From a virus: a stretch of 64,000 bases of DNA. The DNA lies in the IMG/VR virus record IMGVR_UViG_3300032325_000432, positions 6,822-70,821 of that record. One strand, written 5' to 3'. A program made the position numbers and the translations under genes. The notes beneath the pieces are model-generated. The model worked only from the letters and a program-made list of their open reading frames with translations. It was not told where the DNA came from and did not search any database. Below, piece after piece: positions 45,970-55,918 of the stretch (its first letter is position 1; the number at the start of each line of letters is the position of its first letter).

Positions 45970-47118
45970 ATGCAAAAAATTATTGATGAACAAAAATTAG
46001 ACTTTAACGATGTACTAATCGTTCCACAGAGATCAACTCTAACAAGTAGATCTGATATACATGTAGATAGAACATTTAAATTCTATCATTCTCCAAGAGA
46101 GTGGACAGGTATTCCAATAATTTGTGCTAACATGAGTTTCACTTCTTTTAAGATGGGTGATGCTATCAGTCAACATAAAATGATAGCCTGTTTACATAAA
46201 TATCATACAGCAGAACAACTGATGAATTATTTTTATTCAAGTAATAACCATGATTATGTTTGGATATCAATAGGATATAAAAAATCAGATATAAATAATC
46301 TGCTAGAGTTTAAGAATAAAACTAATATACAACCAAATATCTGTATAGATGTACCAAACGGACACATGGACGTATTTGTTAAATACTGTAAAAAAGTTAG
46401 AGATAATTTTCCAGATTCAATTATTATGGCTGGTAACGCGACTAATACTTCCTCAACCCAAGAATTGTTGATTTATGGAGGTGTAGATATAGTTAAGGTT
46501 GGCATAGGAGGAGGATCTGCTTGTACTACCAGATTTTTAACTGGATGCGGAGTTCCACAGCTATCTTGCTGTTTAGAAAATAGCTATGTAGCACACGGCC
46601 TACAAAGTGGAGAAAAAAAATTAGGCTTAGTCTGTTCTGACGGAGGACACAAAACAGTTGGAGATGTCTGTAAAGCTTTATGTGCTGGTTCAGATTTTGT
46701 TATGTTGGGAGGATATTTTGCTGGTTCTGATGAATGCGAAGGAGAATGGAAGTATGAAAAGTCTCCTTCTAATGCAAATACTAATATAGATAAATATAAA
46801 GAAGATCTAAAATCTATGTGTAATCAGTCAAATATCGTTGATAGCAAAAAAAGTCAATTCACATATTATGGAATGAGCACACATCATGCTCAAGAAATTT
46901 ATGAAGAGCAAATTAAAAATTACAGAGCTTCTGAAGGCACAAAAATAACCGTTCCATATAAGGGCTCAGTAGAGTGCGTGATTCAAGAACTGCTTGGAGG
47001 AATTAGATCCTGTTGTTGCTATATCGGAGCAAGATCTATTAAGCACATGTCCAGATGCGGCCAGTTTTGCAAAGTTAGTAGTGTACATTCCAATAAAAAT
47101 CCAATCTTAGGTGTCTAA
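45970..47118 (+). CDS. guaC: GMP reductase
   Basis: LDFNDVLI.P.RS...SRS, CIDV.NG, KVGIGGGSACTTR, SDGG, YGMS, YRASEG, GGIRS; no CBS domains. Confidence 0.88.
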   Translation: MQKIIDEQKLDFNDVLIVPQRSTLTSRSDIHVDRTFKFYHSPREWTGIPIICANMSFTSFKMGDAISQHKMIACLHKYHTAEQLMNYFYSSNNHDYVWISIGYKKSDINNLLEFKNKTNIQPNICIDVPNGHMDVFVKYCKKVRDNFPDSIIMAGNATNTSSTQELLIYGGVDIVKVGIGGGSACTTRFLTGCGVPQLSCCLENSYVAHGLQSGEKKLGLVCSDGGHKTVGDVCKALCAGSDFVMLGGYFAGSDECEGEWKYEKSPSNANTNIDKYKEDLKSMCNQSNIVDSKKSQFTYYGMSTHHAQEIYEEQIKNYRASEGTKITVPYKGSVECVIQELLGGIRSCCCYIGARSIKHMSRCGQFCKVSSVHSNKNPILGV

Positions 47119-48180
47119 ATGTCTATAAATTTATATGCGGCTATCAACACAACAGGATACGGAATAGCATCTTTAAATATGCTCAAAGCCCTTTCCGAAG
47201 AGGGTGTGGATATTAAATATTTTCCTATTAGTAATCCTTCGGTAACAAATCAAACAGACTATGATACAATATTAAATATTCTAAACAATAGCCTAGATTT
47301 CGATCCAGATGCTCCGTGCTTAAAAATATGGCACCAGTTTGATCTAGCATCCAGAATAGGCAGAGGCAAATATTATGCATATCCATTTTTTGAATTAGAT
47401 ACAATGAATGATATGGAGAAAAAGCACCTGTCTGTTCCAGACGAACTTATTGTCTCTAGTGACTGGGCTAAAAACGTATTAGAAGATAATGGTATTAGAC
47501 AAAAAATAAACATAGCACCACTAGGTGTGAACAGAGAGATCTTTAACGAAAATGTAAAAATTGAGAATTCTTCTGACAAATACATATTTCTAACAGTTGG
47601 TAAATGGGAAGTTAGAAAATGCCACGATATCCTGCCAAAACTTTTTAAGTTAGCTTTTCCAACAGAACAAGATGTAGAGCTTTGGATTGTCGCATCTGAA
47701 CAAACCTCTTACTCGTCTGCGGAAGATATAAAAAAATGGAAGTCTTTATATGCAGATGATGCAAGATTCAGAGTAATACCCGGAGTGGACACCCAAGAAG
47801 AGCTTGCTCAAATAATACAACAAAGTAGTTGTGGAATTTATATAGCAAGAGCAGAAGGATGGAATTTAGAATTGTTAGAAACTATGTCTATGAATAAACC
47901 GGCCATAACAACCTTTTATTCGGCACATACAGAATTTTGTAACCCAAATAATGCTTACTTAGTAGATATATCAGAACTGGAAAAAGCATATGATGGAAAA
48001 GCTTTTACTGGCCAAGGTAGATGGGCAAAAATAGGCCAACAACAAGTAGAACAAACTATAGAACATATGAGATATGTATATAAAAATAGGATTAATACCA
48101 ACCCATCCGGAGTAGAAACAGCAAAAACCTTCTCTTGGCAGAATACTGCTAAGGCCCTGTCTGGGTGTATAATTAATTAG
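47119..48180 (+). CDS. glycosyltransferase family 4 (GT-B)
   Basis: TGYG, PLGV, VGKWE.RK, AEGWNL..LE. Confidence 0.88.
   Translation: MSINLYAAINTTGYGIASLNMLKALSEEGVDIKYFPISNPSVTNQTDYDTILNILNNSLDFDPDAPCLKIWHQFDLASRIGRGKYYAYPFFELDTMNDMEKKHLSVPDELIVSSDWAKNVLEDNGIRQKINIAPLGVNREIFNENVKIENSSDKYIFLTVGKWEVRKCHDILPKLFKLAFPTEQDVELWIVASEQTSYSSAEDIKKWKSLYADDARFRVIPGVDTQEELAQIIQQSSCGIYIARAEGWNLELLETMSMNKPAITTFYSAHTEFCNPNNAYLVDISELEKAYDGKAFTGQGRWAKIGQQQVEQTIEHMRYVYKNRINTNPSGVETAKTFSWQNTAKALSGCIIN
48164..48169 (+). promoter_or_regulatory. GGTGTA motif (candidate late promoter element)
   Basis: GGTGTATAATTAATTAG upstream of AGGAG RBS of 48205. Confidence 0.45.
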
Positions 48181-48204
48181 ACTTTACCCAGGAGATACTA
48201 TATA

Positions 48205-48717
48205 ATGCCAATACCATCACCAAAAGATAATGAAAAAAATCAGGACTTTATAGGTCGTTGCATGAGTGACGAATCCATGAAGAAAGAATATCCAGATTCT
48301 TCTCAAAGAGTAGCAGTTTGCTTAGGACAGACTAAGAAAAATTCAAAGTCTTTACTTCAAGAAGTACATGATAGTCTTTTGGCTTCTAATTGTTCTTGGG
48401 ACGATGAATGGAACGAATTTGTTTGGGAAGTAGAGGCTGATCTTATTTATGAAGAAGATGAGAAAACACTAGCCGCTGAACATAGTGGTAGAAAAGTTAC
48501 ACTTAATAAACCCTTTAGAACTCCTGATGGTCCTAAAAAATTTGCTGTTTATGTAAAGAACGGAAGCGGAAAAGTTGTTATTGTAAGGTTTGGTGACCCC
48601 AATATGAAAATCAAAAAGAGTATTCCAGAAAGAAGAAAAAGCTTTAGAGCTAGACATAACTGTGATAATCCAGGTCCGAAATGGAAAAGTCGATATTGGG
48701 CCTGTAAGAGTTGGTAA
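48205..48717 (+). CDS. conserved phage hypothetical protein (two small domains)
   Basis: MPIP.P...FIGRCM...QRVAVC and KVTLNKPFR...FGDPNM...RKSFRARHNC. Confidence 0.8.
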   Translation: MPIPSPKDNEKNQDFIGRCMSDESMKKEYPDSSQRVAVCLGQTKKNSKSLLQEVHDSLLASNCSWDDEWNEFVWEVEADLIYEEDEKTLAAEHSGRKVTLNKPFRTPDGPKKFAVYVKNGSGKVVIVRFGDPNMKIKKSIPERRKSFRARHNCDNPGPKWKSRYWACKSW

Positions 48718-48742
48718 ACTATTTTATAAAAAGGATACTGTG

Positions 48743-49351
48743 ATGAAGTCTATAGAAGATTTGATTAAAGATCAAGATAATCCACAATTAGAACAAGTTT
48801 CTGCTGCTGATAGTCCAACAACAGAAGAACAAAAAGAAGCACCAGAGACAACACAAGAAACTACAGAGGCTGAAAATCCAAGCATCTATTCATCTAATGA
48901 AGTTATAGACTTACTTAAGAAGTCTCTTAATATTCATTGGCAACAAACTATCTCGCTAACAGCACAGGCTGTTCACTTTAACAGATGGGGTTATACAAAA
49001 TTAGCCGCACTACTGAAACAAGACGCAGAAGAAGAACATCAACATGCAATGGAAAACATCAAAAGACTAGAATTTTTTGATGCAGACTATCAGCCTATGA
49101 TTGTATCTCCACCGTCATGGACACGTCATGATATGATTAGTATTATCCAATATAATCTAAATTCTGTGCGAGAAGCTGCTGCTGCCGAAAAACAAGCAAT
49201 AACAGCATCTAGATTAGTGGGAGACGAACTAACTGCTAACTCTATGATACCCCTACTTGAGGGGAGCGAAAACGGAATTCGTCTTTATGAGGGATATCTT
49301 AAAATGATAGAGCAGATGGGCTTAGATAATTTCCTTAGCTTATACGCATAA
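48743..49351 (+). CDS. bacterioferritin/ferritin-like protein with acidic N-terminal extension
   Basis: VIDLL...H..RWGY.KLA...EEHQHA...RLEF; ends IEQMGLDNFL. Confidence 0.75.
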   Translation: MKSIEDLIKDQDNPQLEQVSAADSPTTEEQKEAPETTQETTEAENPSIYSSNEVIDLLKKSLNIHWQQTISLTAQAVHFNRWGYTKLAALLKQDAEEEHQHAMENIKRLEFFDADYQPMIVSPPSWTRHDMISIIQYNLNSVREAAAAEKQAITASRLVGDELTANSMIPLLEGSENGIRLYEGYLKMIEQMGLDNFLSLYA

Positions 49352-49354
49352 ATA

Positions 49355-49993
49355 ATGAAACATATAAACGATATAGTCTATACTAATTACAAATTAGAAT
49401 ATCCTGTTGCTGATATTGCGAATGACCTAGATTGGAAAACTATCCTTTCTCGTCCCCCTCTAAACGATAGTAATACGACCATATCAGAGCTAGAAGATAT
49501 TTCTAAATATACGCTTCGTCTTTCTGAAGCCAATAAAATTTTGGTATACAATATAGATGATAATCCTAACTTTTTACTATATCCTTTTTTAGAAAAAAAT
49601 AACATCAAGTTTTCATTTGATTACTTTAGATCAATATACAGGATAATACGGCCAATACTACTCAACATTAAATATTTTTACAATAGACCAAGACCCTATG
49701 ATCTAGGTCCAGTGTTCGACATCCCTATAAAGGTATTACACACAGAAACCCATCACACGCCAGCATATCCGTCTGGTCATACGGTGTATACCTCTTTGGC
49801 TTGCGATATTATTAAAAAGCAGTACGATGACAGTAAAATACATAGAGAATTAGATAATATCGTACAAACTACTGCGGAATGTAGAATGATGCAGGGTGTT
49901 CACTACTACTCGGATAATCAAGCTTCAATAAAACTGACAAATCTTATATACAATCACCTATACAACAAGATGGAATCAAATTATTATGGATAG
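49355..49993 (+). CDS. PAP2/haloperoxidase-fold phosphatase
   Basis: K....RPRP, YPSGH, R...GVHY.SD. Confidence 0.85.
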   Translation: MKHINDIVYTNYKLEYPVADIANDLDWKTILSRPPLNDSNTTISELEDISKYTLRLSEANKILVYNIDDNPNFLLYPFLEKNNIKFSFDYFRSIYRIIRPILLNIKYFYNRPRPYDLGPVFDIPIKVLHTETHHTPAYPSGHTVYTSLACDIIKKQYDDSKIHRELDNIVQTTAECRMMQGVHYYSDNQASIKLTNLIYNHLYNKMESNYYG

Positions 49994-50648
49994 AATATTT
50001 TCTCTACTAAATGAAATCAAGTCAGTAGTCGCTGGAATGTCTCTAAAAGTAGGAGACAAAGTAAAGAATATCAATACCGAATGTGCCCATTATGGCAGCG
50101 AGGGTTATGTACAGGATATTGAACCTCTACCAAACGATATGGGATACGTTGTGTCTTACAGAACAACAAACTCTGGCAAAACATGGGAACAAAATCAGAT
50201 CCTGAGAAAGACTAAGGATCAACTAGCACCATATGAAGAAGTTAAAGAACAATCCTCCTCAACAGAAGATTTTGAGTCCTACAAGATGGACCTGTATCAT
50301 ATGAGTATGGGATCTTTAAAAGCTATTAAGACTAATGTAGACGAAATACTTAATGGAGCAGAAAGTAGCGATTCTGTTAGGAAAAACTTGACAGAAACAT
50401 GGCTACAAGGTAAAATCGCTGTTGTTGACGATCAGTTGCGTTCTATTCACGATTTTGTCATGTATTCAGACCAGCATGACGATATTACTGATGCCGGATC
50501 CAAACCAGGACTCTGGGAAAACATCAGGAAGAAAAAAGAAAGAGAGGGCGACGACTATAAGCCAGCAAAACGAGGAGATGAAGATAGGCCCAATCCAGAA
50601 CAATGGAAAAAGCTAACGAAAGATAATAAGACCAAGAAGAAGAAATAG
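49986..50648 (+). CDS. hypothetical protein
   Basis: 220-aa ORF; GLWENIRKKK...PAK tail. Confidence 0.7.
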   Translation: MDRIFSLLNEIKSVVAGMSLKVGDKVKNINTECAHYGSEGYVQDIEPLPNDMGYVVSYRTTNSGKTWEQNQILRKTKDQLAPYEEVKEQSSSTEDFESYKMDLYHMSMGSLKAIKTNVDEILNGAESSDSVRKNLTETWLQGKIAVVDDQLRSIHDFVMYSDQHDDITDAGSKPGLWENIRKKKEREGDDYKPAKRGDEDRPNPEQWKKLTKDNKTKKKK

Positions 50649-50690
50649 TTTACAATTACTTTAATATCTAAAAAGGACTTAAGGACAATA

Positions 50691-51278
50691 ATGGACAATA
50701 AACAGTTTGATTCTCTAGACTCGTATATTTCTCTGGCCAAAAAAACAATTTCTAAATTTGCTCCCAAATTCTATAATAGTCTCTCTAAGGAGATGCTAAT
50801 GAATGAAGAAGCTGTCTCTGATGTTGCTACTGCTATTATGTATGCAGATTGGAGATATGATGATACTAGGGTTGGTAAGACTGGTATGAAGAAGACCAAG
50901 TATTCCTATAGAAATCAATGTGCTATATGGGCAATTAAAACCTATATCACAAATAAATATAGGTCTAATACAAAAGTACAGTCTATAAATAGTATCAGAG
51001 ATGATGAAGAAATATCTCTGGATCTAGCTGACACAAGACAGCAACAGCCACAAGATATCCTAATAGAAAGAGAATTTCATAATATACTCAAGCAAAATCT
51101 AGAAGAGCTATTAGATAATGAGCTGCTTTCAGAGAAACAAAAACAACAGATTAAAATGTATTATTATGAGGATATGACACTTTCTGAGATAGGTAAAAAG
51201 TTTAATATATCTAGAGAAGCGGTAAGACAAAATATCAAACGAGGCATCTCGATCATTCAAGCATATGATACAGTCTAG
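50691..51278 (+). CDS. RNA polymerase sigma factor-like protein (sigma70 region 4)
   Basis: LSEKQKQQIKMYYYEDMTLSEIGKKFNISREAVRQ; degenerate region-2-like segment. Confidence 0.8.
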   Translation: MDNKQFDSLDSYISLAKKTISKFAPKFYNSLSKEMLMNEEAVSDVATAIMYADWRYDDTRVGKTGMKKTKYSYRNQCAIWAIKTYITNKYRSNTKVQSINSIRDDEEISLDLADTRQQQPQDILIEREFHNILKQNLEELLDNELLSEKQKQQIKMYYYEDMTLSEIGKKFNISREAVRQNIKRGISIIQAYDTV

Positions 51279-51612
51279 ACTCAAATTTTATATTCTGCTA
51301 TTTAGCAAGAATGATGTTCATCCAAAAGTTCTTATTGAAAAAGATAGTGGTAGTGTTCCGGCTTTTGATATAGTGGATGATAGTTCAAATATTAATTCTA
51401 TTATAGATCAATTTTCTTTCTCTAAAAGATTATCATTAGAACCATACTCCTACAAACTAGTTGACTGCCAGATTAATAATTCTGTATTAGAAATTTGTTA
51501 CTATGTTATTTTACCCTTCGGATACGAAGATCCAGTAAATGAATTTACAGAAATATCCAATCTAGACACATCAGAGTACCCAAATCTGCAAAAAACTATT
51601 AGGTTGTTGTAA
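51265..51612 (+). CDS. hypothetical protein
   Basis: ORF track. Confidence 0.6.
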   Translation: MIQSRLKFYILLFSKNDVHPKVLIEKDSGSVPAFDIVDDSSNINSIIDQFSFSKRLSLEPYSYKLVDCQINNSVLEICYYVILPFGYEDPVNEFTEISNLDTSEYPNLQKTIRLL

Positions 51613-51614
51613 AA

Positions 51615-52070
51615 ATGTACAAATATATAAATTGGCTACTAAATAAATTTTATACATCACCTAAAACTAAAACAGATAATAATGATGATTCTAAAAAAAT
51701 CGTTTCAGAAATCAATAACGGATTAATAACTTTTGGACTTGACGACAAAGATAGTGTGTTGATACATTGTCTTTTACCCAAAGTTGATACCCTTGACGGA
51801 AACATAGACAAAATAACACATGAAGCAGAACGCTTTTCTGAAATGTTGCTATGTTTAAATGAAGGTCTATTAAAAAAAGAAATAATCAATGTTCTCAAAA
51901 AACAATATGAAATTGAAGAGAATACTGATCAGAAACTTTTAATAGAAAATATACTACAATTTTGGTCTATGTTATATAGCCATTATAAAAGAGGAAAAAA
52001 GAAAGCAGCAAAAGAAGCTAATAAAACACCATTGGTTAGACCAATGTTCGTGTTTTCCTCTAAGAAATAG
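51615..52070 (+). CDS. hypothetical protein
   Basis: ORF track. Confidence 0.65.
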   Translation: MYKYINWLLNKFYTSPKTKTDNNDDSKKIVSEINNGLITFGLDDKDSVLIHCLLPKVDTLDGNIDKITHEAERFSEMLLCLNEGLLKKEIINVLKKQYEIEENTDQKLLIENILQFWSMLYSHYKRGKKKAAKEANKTPLVRPMFVFSSKK

Positions 52071-52157
52071 GCCTGTTTTCTCAGCCCCAGCAAATCATAT
52101 TATATACTAGTATGGGGTATTTCTATATATAAACATCTTTTTTCAAAGAGTCAAAAT

Positions 52158-52592
52158 ATGAATAATCAATCAGAAAATTTAGTTATCTGGGAAAAATGGA
52201 GAGATCCTTTTGGGTCAGATGAAGAAGTTATTCAGAATATACTCTCTGAGAATGAAGAAGAACTGGAGTATGAAGATCAAATACCCGATGTTTCTGATCA
52301 TCAAAGTCCACAAAATATTAGAGTAATGGCAACGCCAATGGGGATAATTCCTGTTACCGAATATACTGCTAGTGGTAAAATTTTTAATTTTTGGACAGGA
52401 CACACAAACTTTGATATAACAACCAGGATAGCTACCATTATAGAAAAAATAGATGGGGTTGAGTCATTGGATATCTTTACAAGATATAGATTTAGAATTA
52501 GTGTAGGAAAAGCTTTTAACGATTCAACAGTAATGAGAAGTATAACGAACAAAGTATACAGATATCTTTCTAAGAGCACACAAGATGACTAA
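52158..52592 (+). CDS. conserved phage hypothetical protein
   Basis: WEKW.DP...TPMG...FNFWTGHTNFDIT...GVE.L...RYRF.I..GK.F. Confidence 0.75.
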   Translation: MNNQSENLVIWEKWRDPFGSDEEVIQNILSENEEELEYEDQIPDVSDHQSPQNIRVMATPMGIIPVTEYTASGKIFNFWTGHTNFDITTRIATIIEKIDGVESLDIFTRYRFRISVGKAFNDSTVMRSITNKVYRYLSKSTQDD

Positions 52593-53265
52593 ACAAGCAA
52601 ATCCTGAGCATGAACTATTACACAGTATTCATAATTATAATCTAGATCCTGTTAACAGAGAAATTTATCTGCACTCGCATATTGATGGTGGTGATGAAGG
52701 TGGGGTAGATTATAGATCTAGTATTTTTCTAGAAAAAAATCTTAGATATCTGAACCTGTTATCTCTTGAACCGATATTAATTCATATGCATTTGCCAGGA
52801 GGAGAGTGGCAAGATTGTCTAGGAATGTATGATGCAATACAAGCATCAAAAGCAAAAATAATCATTTTAGCATATGCTAAAGCAGAGTCTTCTAGTAGTG
52901 TAGTTTTACAATCTGCTAATCTAAGAATTCTTATGCCGAACACAAACGTACTCATTCATTATGGTTCGTTTAGTCTTGATGCAGAACATAGTAAAGCGGC
53001 CGCAGCAGGTGTGCAATGGAACGAAAGAGAGTGCGATAAGATGGTTGATATATTTACTGATAGGTGTATGAATAGTAGCATATGTCAAGAAAAAAATTGG
53101 AAAAAAATGATGGCTAAGAAACATATTGTCTCTCAATTAGCCAATAAATGTGACTGGATATTAACAGCTCAAGAAGCAGTTGATTATGGTTTTGCTGATG
53201 GTATTCTTGGCACAAAAAAATTTCCTAATATAGATTTTCTCAAAACTTATATCAAAAGAAAATAA
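52585..53265 (+). CDS. clpP: ClpP-like serine protease
   Basis: REIYL, PGG, GMYDAI, AESSS (Ser), R...PN...LIH, DW.LTAQEAVDYGFAD. Confidence 0.8.
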   Translation: MTKQANPEHELLHSIHNYNLDPVNREIYLHSHIDGGDEGGVDYRSSIFLEKNLRYLNLLSLEPILIHMHLPGGEWQDCLGMYDAIQASKAKIIILAYAKAESSSSVVLQSANLRILMPNTNVLIHYGSFSLDAEHSKAAAAGVQWNERECDKMVDIFTDRCMNSSICQEKNWKKMMAKKHIVSQLANKCDWILTAQEAVDYGFADGILGTKKFPNIDFLKTYIKRK

Positions 53266-53912
53266 TGTATACTCAATATGCTATTTATAATCAATCGCTA
53301 TCTGATGAAGAAATAAAAAATGAGATAGGCTTGCTACTAAAAGAAAGTATACAAGAAATTTCATTGTTCGGTAATCATTTACCAATTATTAAAACTATAG
53401 ATAATGCATCTAATATTAAATTCTCAACAGTCTTAGATTTTCCATATGGATCATCTGACACAAAAAGTCGTAATTGTTTGATTAACAACATTATGAAAAG
53501 TGGGATTTCTATTGTATATTTACCAATACAGTCACGATTTGTAGTTAACAGAAGATATGATAAAATTAGAGAAGATATTAAATCCAACAAACAAATTTGT
53601 GATGAATCTGGAATAGAGCTTAGATATTCTCTAGAATACAGAGTATTTAATCATGAAATACTGGCTAAAGTATGTCAAATACTTAAAAGTATGGGAGTAG
53701 AGACCGTATCTCCATCTAGCGGCATGATGATTGACGATATTAGTGACAATCTTATTGCTTGTGAATACCTTAGTAAAAAATCTGATATTAAATGTATTTG
53801 CACCGGAAACCTATGGAAAAGTGATCAACTTAAAAATGTAATAAATAGCAAGGTACATGGCATTAGATTTATGAACACTGTCTCACTAAATTTGTATAAT
53901 AACTATATCTAG
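53265..53912 (+). CDS. DeoC-like TIM-barrel protein, probably degenerate
   Basis: STVLDFPYG, LEY, VSPSSG where DeoC has FVKTSTG. Confidence 0.55.
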   Translation: MYTQYAIYNQSLSDEEIKNEIGLLLKESIQEISLFGNHLPIIKTIDNASNIKFSTVLDFPYGSSDTKSRNCLINNIMKSGISIVYLPIQSRFVVNRRYDKIREDIKSNKQICDESGIELRYSLEYRVFNHEILAKVCQILKSMGVETVSPSSGMMIDDISDNLIACEYLSKKSDIKCICTGNLWKSDQLKNVINSKVHGIRFMNTVSLNLYNNYI

Positions 53913-53922
53913 ACAACAATTT

Positions 53923-53928
53923 GGTGTA
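53923..53928 (+). promoter_or_regulatory. GGTGTA motif (candidate late promoter element)
   Basis: intergenic, before the structural-type gene block. Confidence 0.45.
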
Positions 53929-53984
53929 TCTGATACTGAATGAAATATTTGATAAACTCATATTAACATAATCTGGAGATTAAC

Positions 53985-54476
53985 ATGTCAACACACGCTG
54001 CTATTAACGGCCAACCAGTTAAAAATAATAGTGGATCAGCAATCAATATCGGATCCTCATCTAGCATTTTAGTAGGTAAAAGCCTCAGTGACTCTGCAAC
54101 AGCTCTAGGTGTTGTCGGTTCTGTTGTTGTTGATGGTACAGATACAGACAAAGCAGTCAGTGCAAATACATTTGCCAAAAATACATCAAAGCCACTAGCT
54201 ATCAGACTTGATGCTCCTTTGAATAAAGCCTCTTCTTCAGTACGCAGAGCTATTCATAAAATCGAAGGAGTTTCTACTCGCAGAGTTGCCACAGCTATTA
54301 GAGCCGGAAACTATAATATCTATACCGGTTTATTCTCTGCTGCCCCAACTGTTGGTAGTGATAGTTTTGGACAGGACGATGCCGCCACCCCAACTGCTGC
54401 TGTTCCTGGCGAACTAACATATAGAACCGGAGCCGACAAGCCAGTAAATGCTGATTACAAGGCCAAGACCAACTAA
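53985..54476 (+). CDS. probable virion structural protein
   Basis: Ala/Ser/Thr/Gly-rich; PGELTY..G...P...DYKAKT end; GGAG RBS. Confidence 0.65.
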   Translation: MSTHAAINGQPVKNNSGSAINIGSSSSILVGKSLSDSATALGVVGSVVVDGTDTDKAVSANTFAKNTSKPLAIRLDAPLNKASSSVRRAIHKIEGVSTRRVATAIRAGNYNIYTGLFSAAPTVGSDSFGQDDAATPTAAVPGELTYRTGADKPVNADYKAKTN

Positions 54477-54535
54477 TCTAATATTTACTTCTTTAATAAA
54501 GTATAAAGTTAGTTGAGTCATAAAGGAGACTTATT

Positions 54536-54853
54536 ATGACTGATACTATCATCCATTTCTGGGAAAACCTAGCAACGACTGCTATTGGAATAATAGTAAC
54601 GATGCTAGGTTTTTGGGTCGCTATTGGTAGAAATATGGCAACCAAAGCAGAAGTTTCTCACATGATAGATACACAAAGCCCATATATACATGACAGACAA
54701 TTTATTATGGAAAGACTTGCTAATAATAAAGAAAGTCAAGCAGCATTCTCTATGGCTCTGCAAAGAAATACAGAAGTAATGAATGAGCTTAAAATTCAAA
54801 TTGCAATGTTAGGAAAAACATTAGAGGCACTAGAACACAGAATAGAAAAATAA
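54536..54853 (+). CDS. membrane-anchored coiled-coil protein (possible lysis or virion component)
   Basis: AAGGAG RBS, one TM helix followed by a coiled coil. Confidence 0.65.
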   Translation: MTDTIIHFWENLATTAIGIIVTMLGFWVAIGRNMATKAEVSHMIDTQSPYIHDRQFIMERLANNKESQAAFSMALQRNTEVMNELKIQIAMLGKTLEALEHRIEK

Positions 54854-54856
54854 TGT

Positions 54857-55915
54857 ATGACTTTAGAAATAATGGCTTATGCAAAAAGTGGTTTGCCTAT
54901 ACAGAATGGCTCCCTAATAAATATTAATTACGGAAAAGCAAATAAGTCATATTCTAGTAATAGCGGTATTAGATCTGATTTAGATATTGTTTCTATTAAT
55001 GCTAAATATCAAGATCGATTTGACGGAGAAATAGAGTATAATTTTTTAGGATCCTCTAACACCACTTCTTCACCGGTTTTAGCTACTACTAATAGTGCAA
55101 ACTTCAATAATTGTGCCGGTAATGTTAGCACAGTAGGTACTAATGGAAGGAGCAGTTACTATGGATCATATGATATGTCAGGAAATATTTGGGAGTGGAC
55201 AGATACTCGTATTGGGTCTTTGAACAGGGTTTTGAGAGGTGGAAATCTAGCGTACAGTGAAGGATACATGTCATCTGTTTTTCAGACATATGGGGATATG
55301 AATTCTCGTAGTCAATATATAGGTTTTAGAATAGGTTCTTACTCCTTGTCTTCTGTATATCGCAATATAGTCAGAGTATCAGACATAAATAATGCAGCAG
55401 ACACCAATGGATTTGGCAATGTCTCATATTCTTATTATATGGGTAAATATGAAATAACAAATAATGAGTATGTTCAATTTTTGAACGCTGTAGCCAAAAC
55501 AGATACTTATGAACTATATTCAAGTTCTATGAGTTCAAGTGGTCTTGGAGGAATATCTAGATCAGGATCATCTGGTAACTATGTCTATACAGTTAAAGAG
55601 AATAAAAGTAATAAACCTGTAAATTTTGTCAACTGGTTTAACTGTGCAAGATACTGCAATTGGCTACATAATAACAAACCGACTGGATCCGGTGCTGAAT
55701 CATCTACAGAAAATGGTTCGTATACTATGACACAAAATATTATAACTAGAAATAATAATGCTCTATTTTTTATGTTGTCAGAGGACGAATGGCATAAAGG
55801 AGCTTATTATAAGGGAGGTAGTGCTAATGCTGGATATTGGCTATATGCTACACAAAGTAACACCACCCCAAACTGTGTACAGTTGACATCAACAGGAGAT
55901 GGTATTCCATTATAG
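54857..55915 (+). CDS. FGE-sulfatase (SUMF1/CLec-fold) domain protein, circularly permuted
   Basis: YGSYDMSGNIWEW, RGG and GFR motifs precede GKYEIT, PVNFVNW and SEDEW.KGAY. Confidence 0.8.
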   Translation: MTLEIMAYAKSGLPIQNGSLININYGKANKSYSSNSGIRSDLDIVSINAKYQDRFDGEIEYNFLGSSNTTSSPVLATTNSANFNNCAGNVSTVGTNGRSSYYGSYDMSGNIWEWTDTRIGSLNRVLRGGNLAYSEGYMSSVFQTYGDMNSRSQYIGFRIGSYSLSSVYRNIVRVSDINNAADTNGFGNVSYSYYMGKYEITNNEYVQFLNAVAKTDTYELYSSSMSSSGLGGISRSGSSGNYVYTVKENKSNKPVNFVNWFNCARYCNWLHNNKPTGSGAESSTENGSYTMTQNIITRNNNALFFMLSEDEWHKGAYYKGGSANAGYWLYATQSNTTPNCVQLTSTGDGIPL

Positions 55916-55918
55916 CAT

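Noticed and set aside
54857-55915. diversity-generating retroelement target
   Set aside because: the fold fits, but no reverse transcriptase or near-identical template repeat is visible in this window
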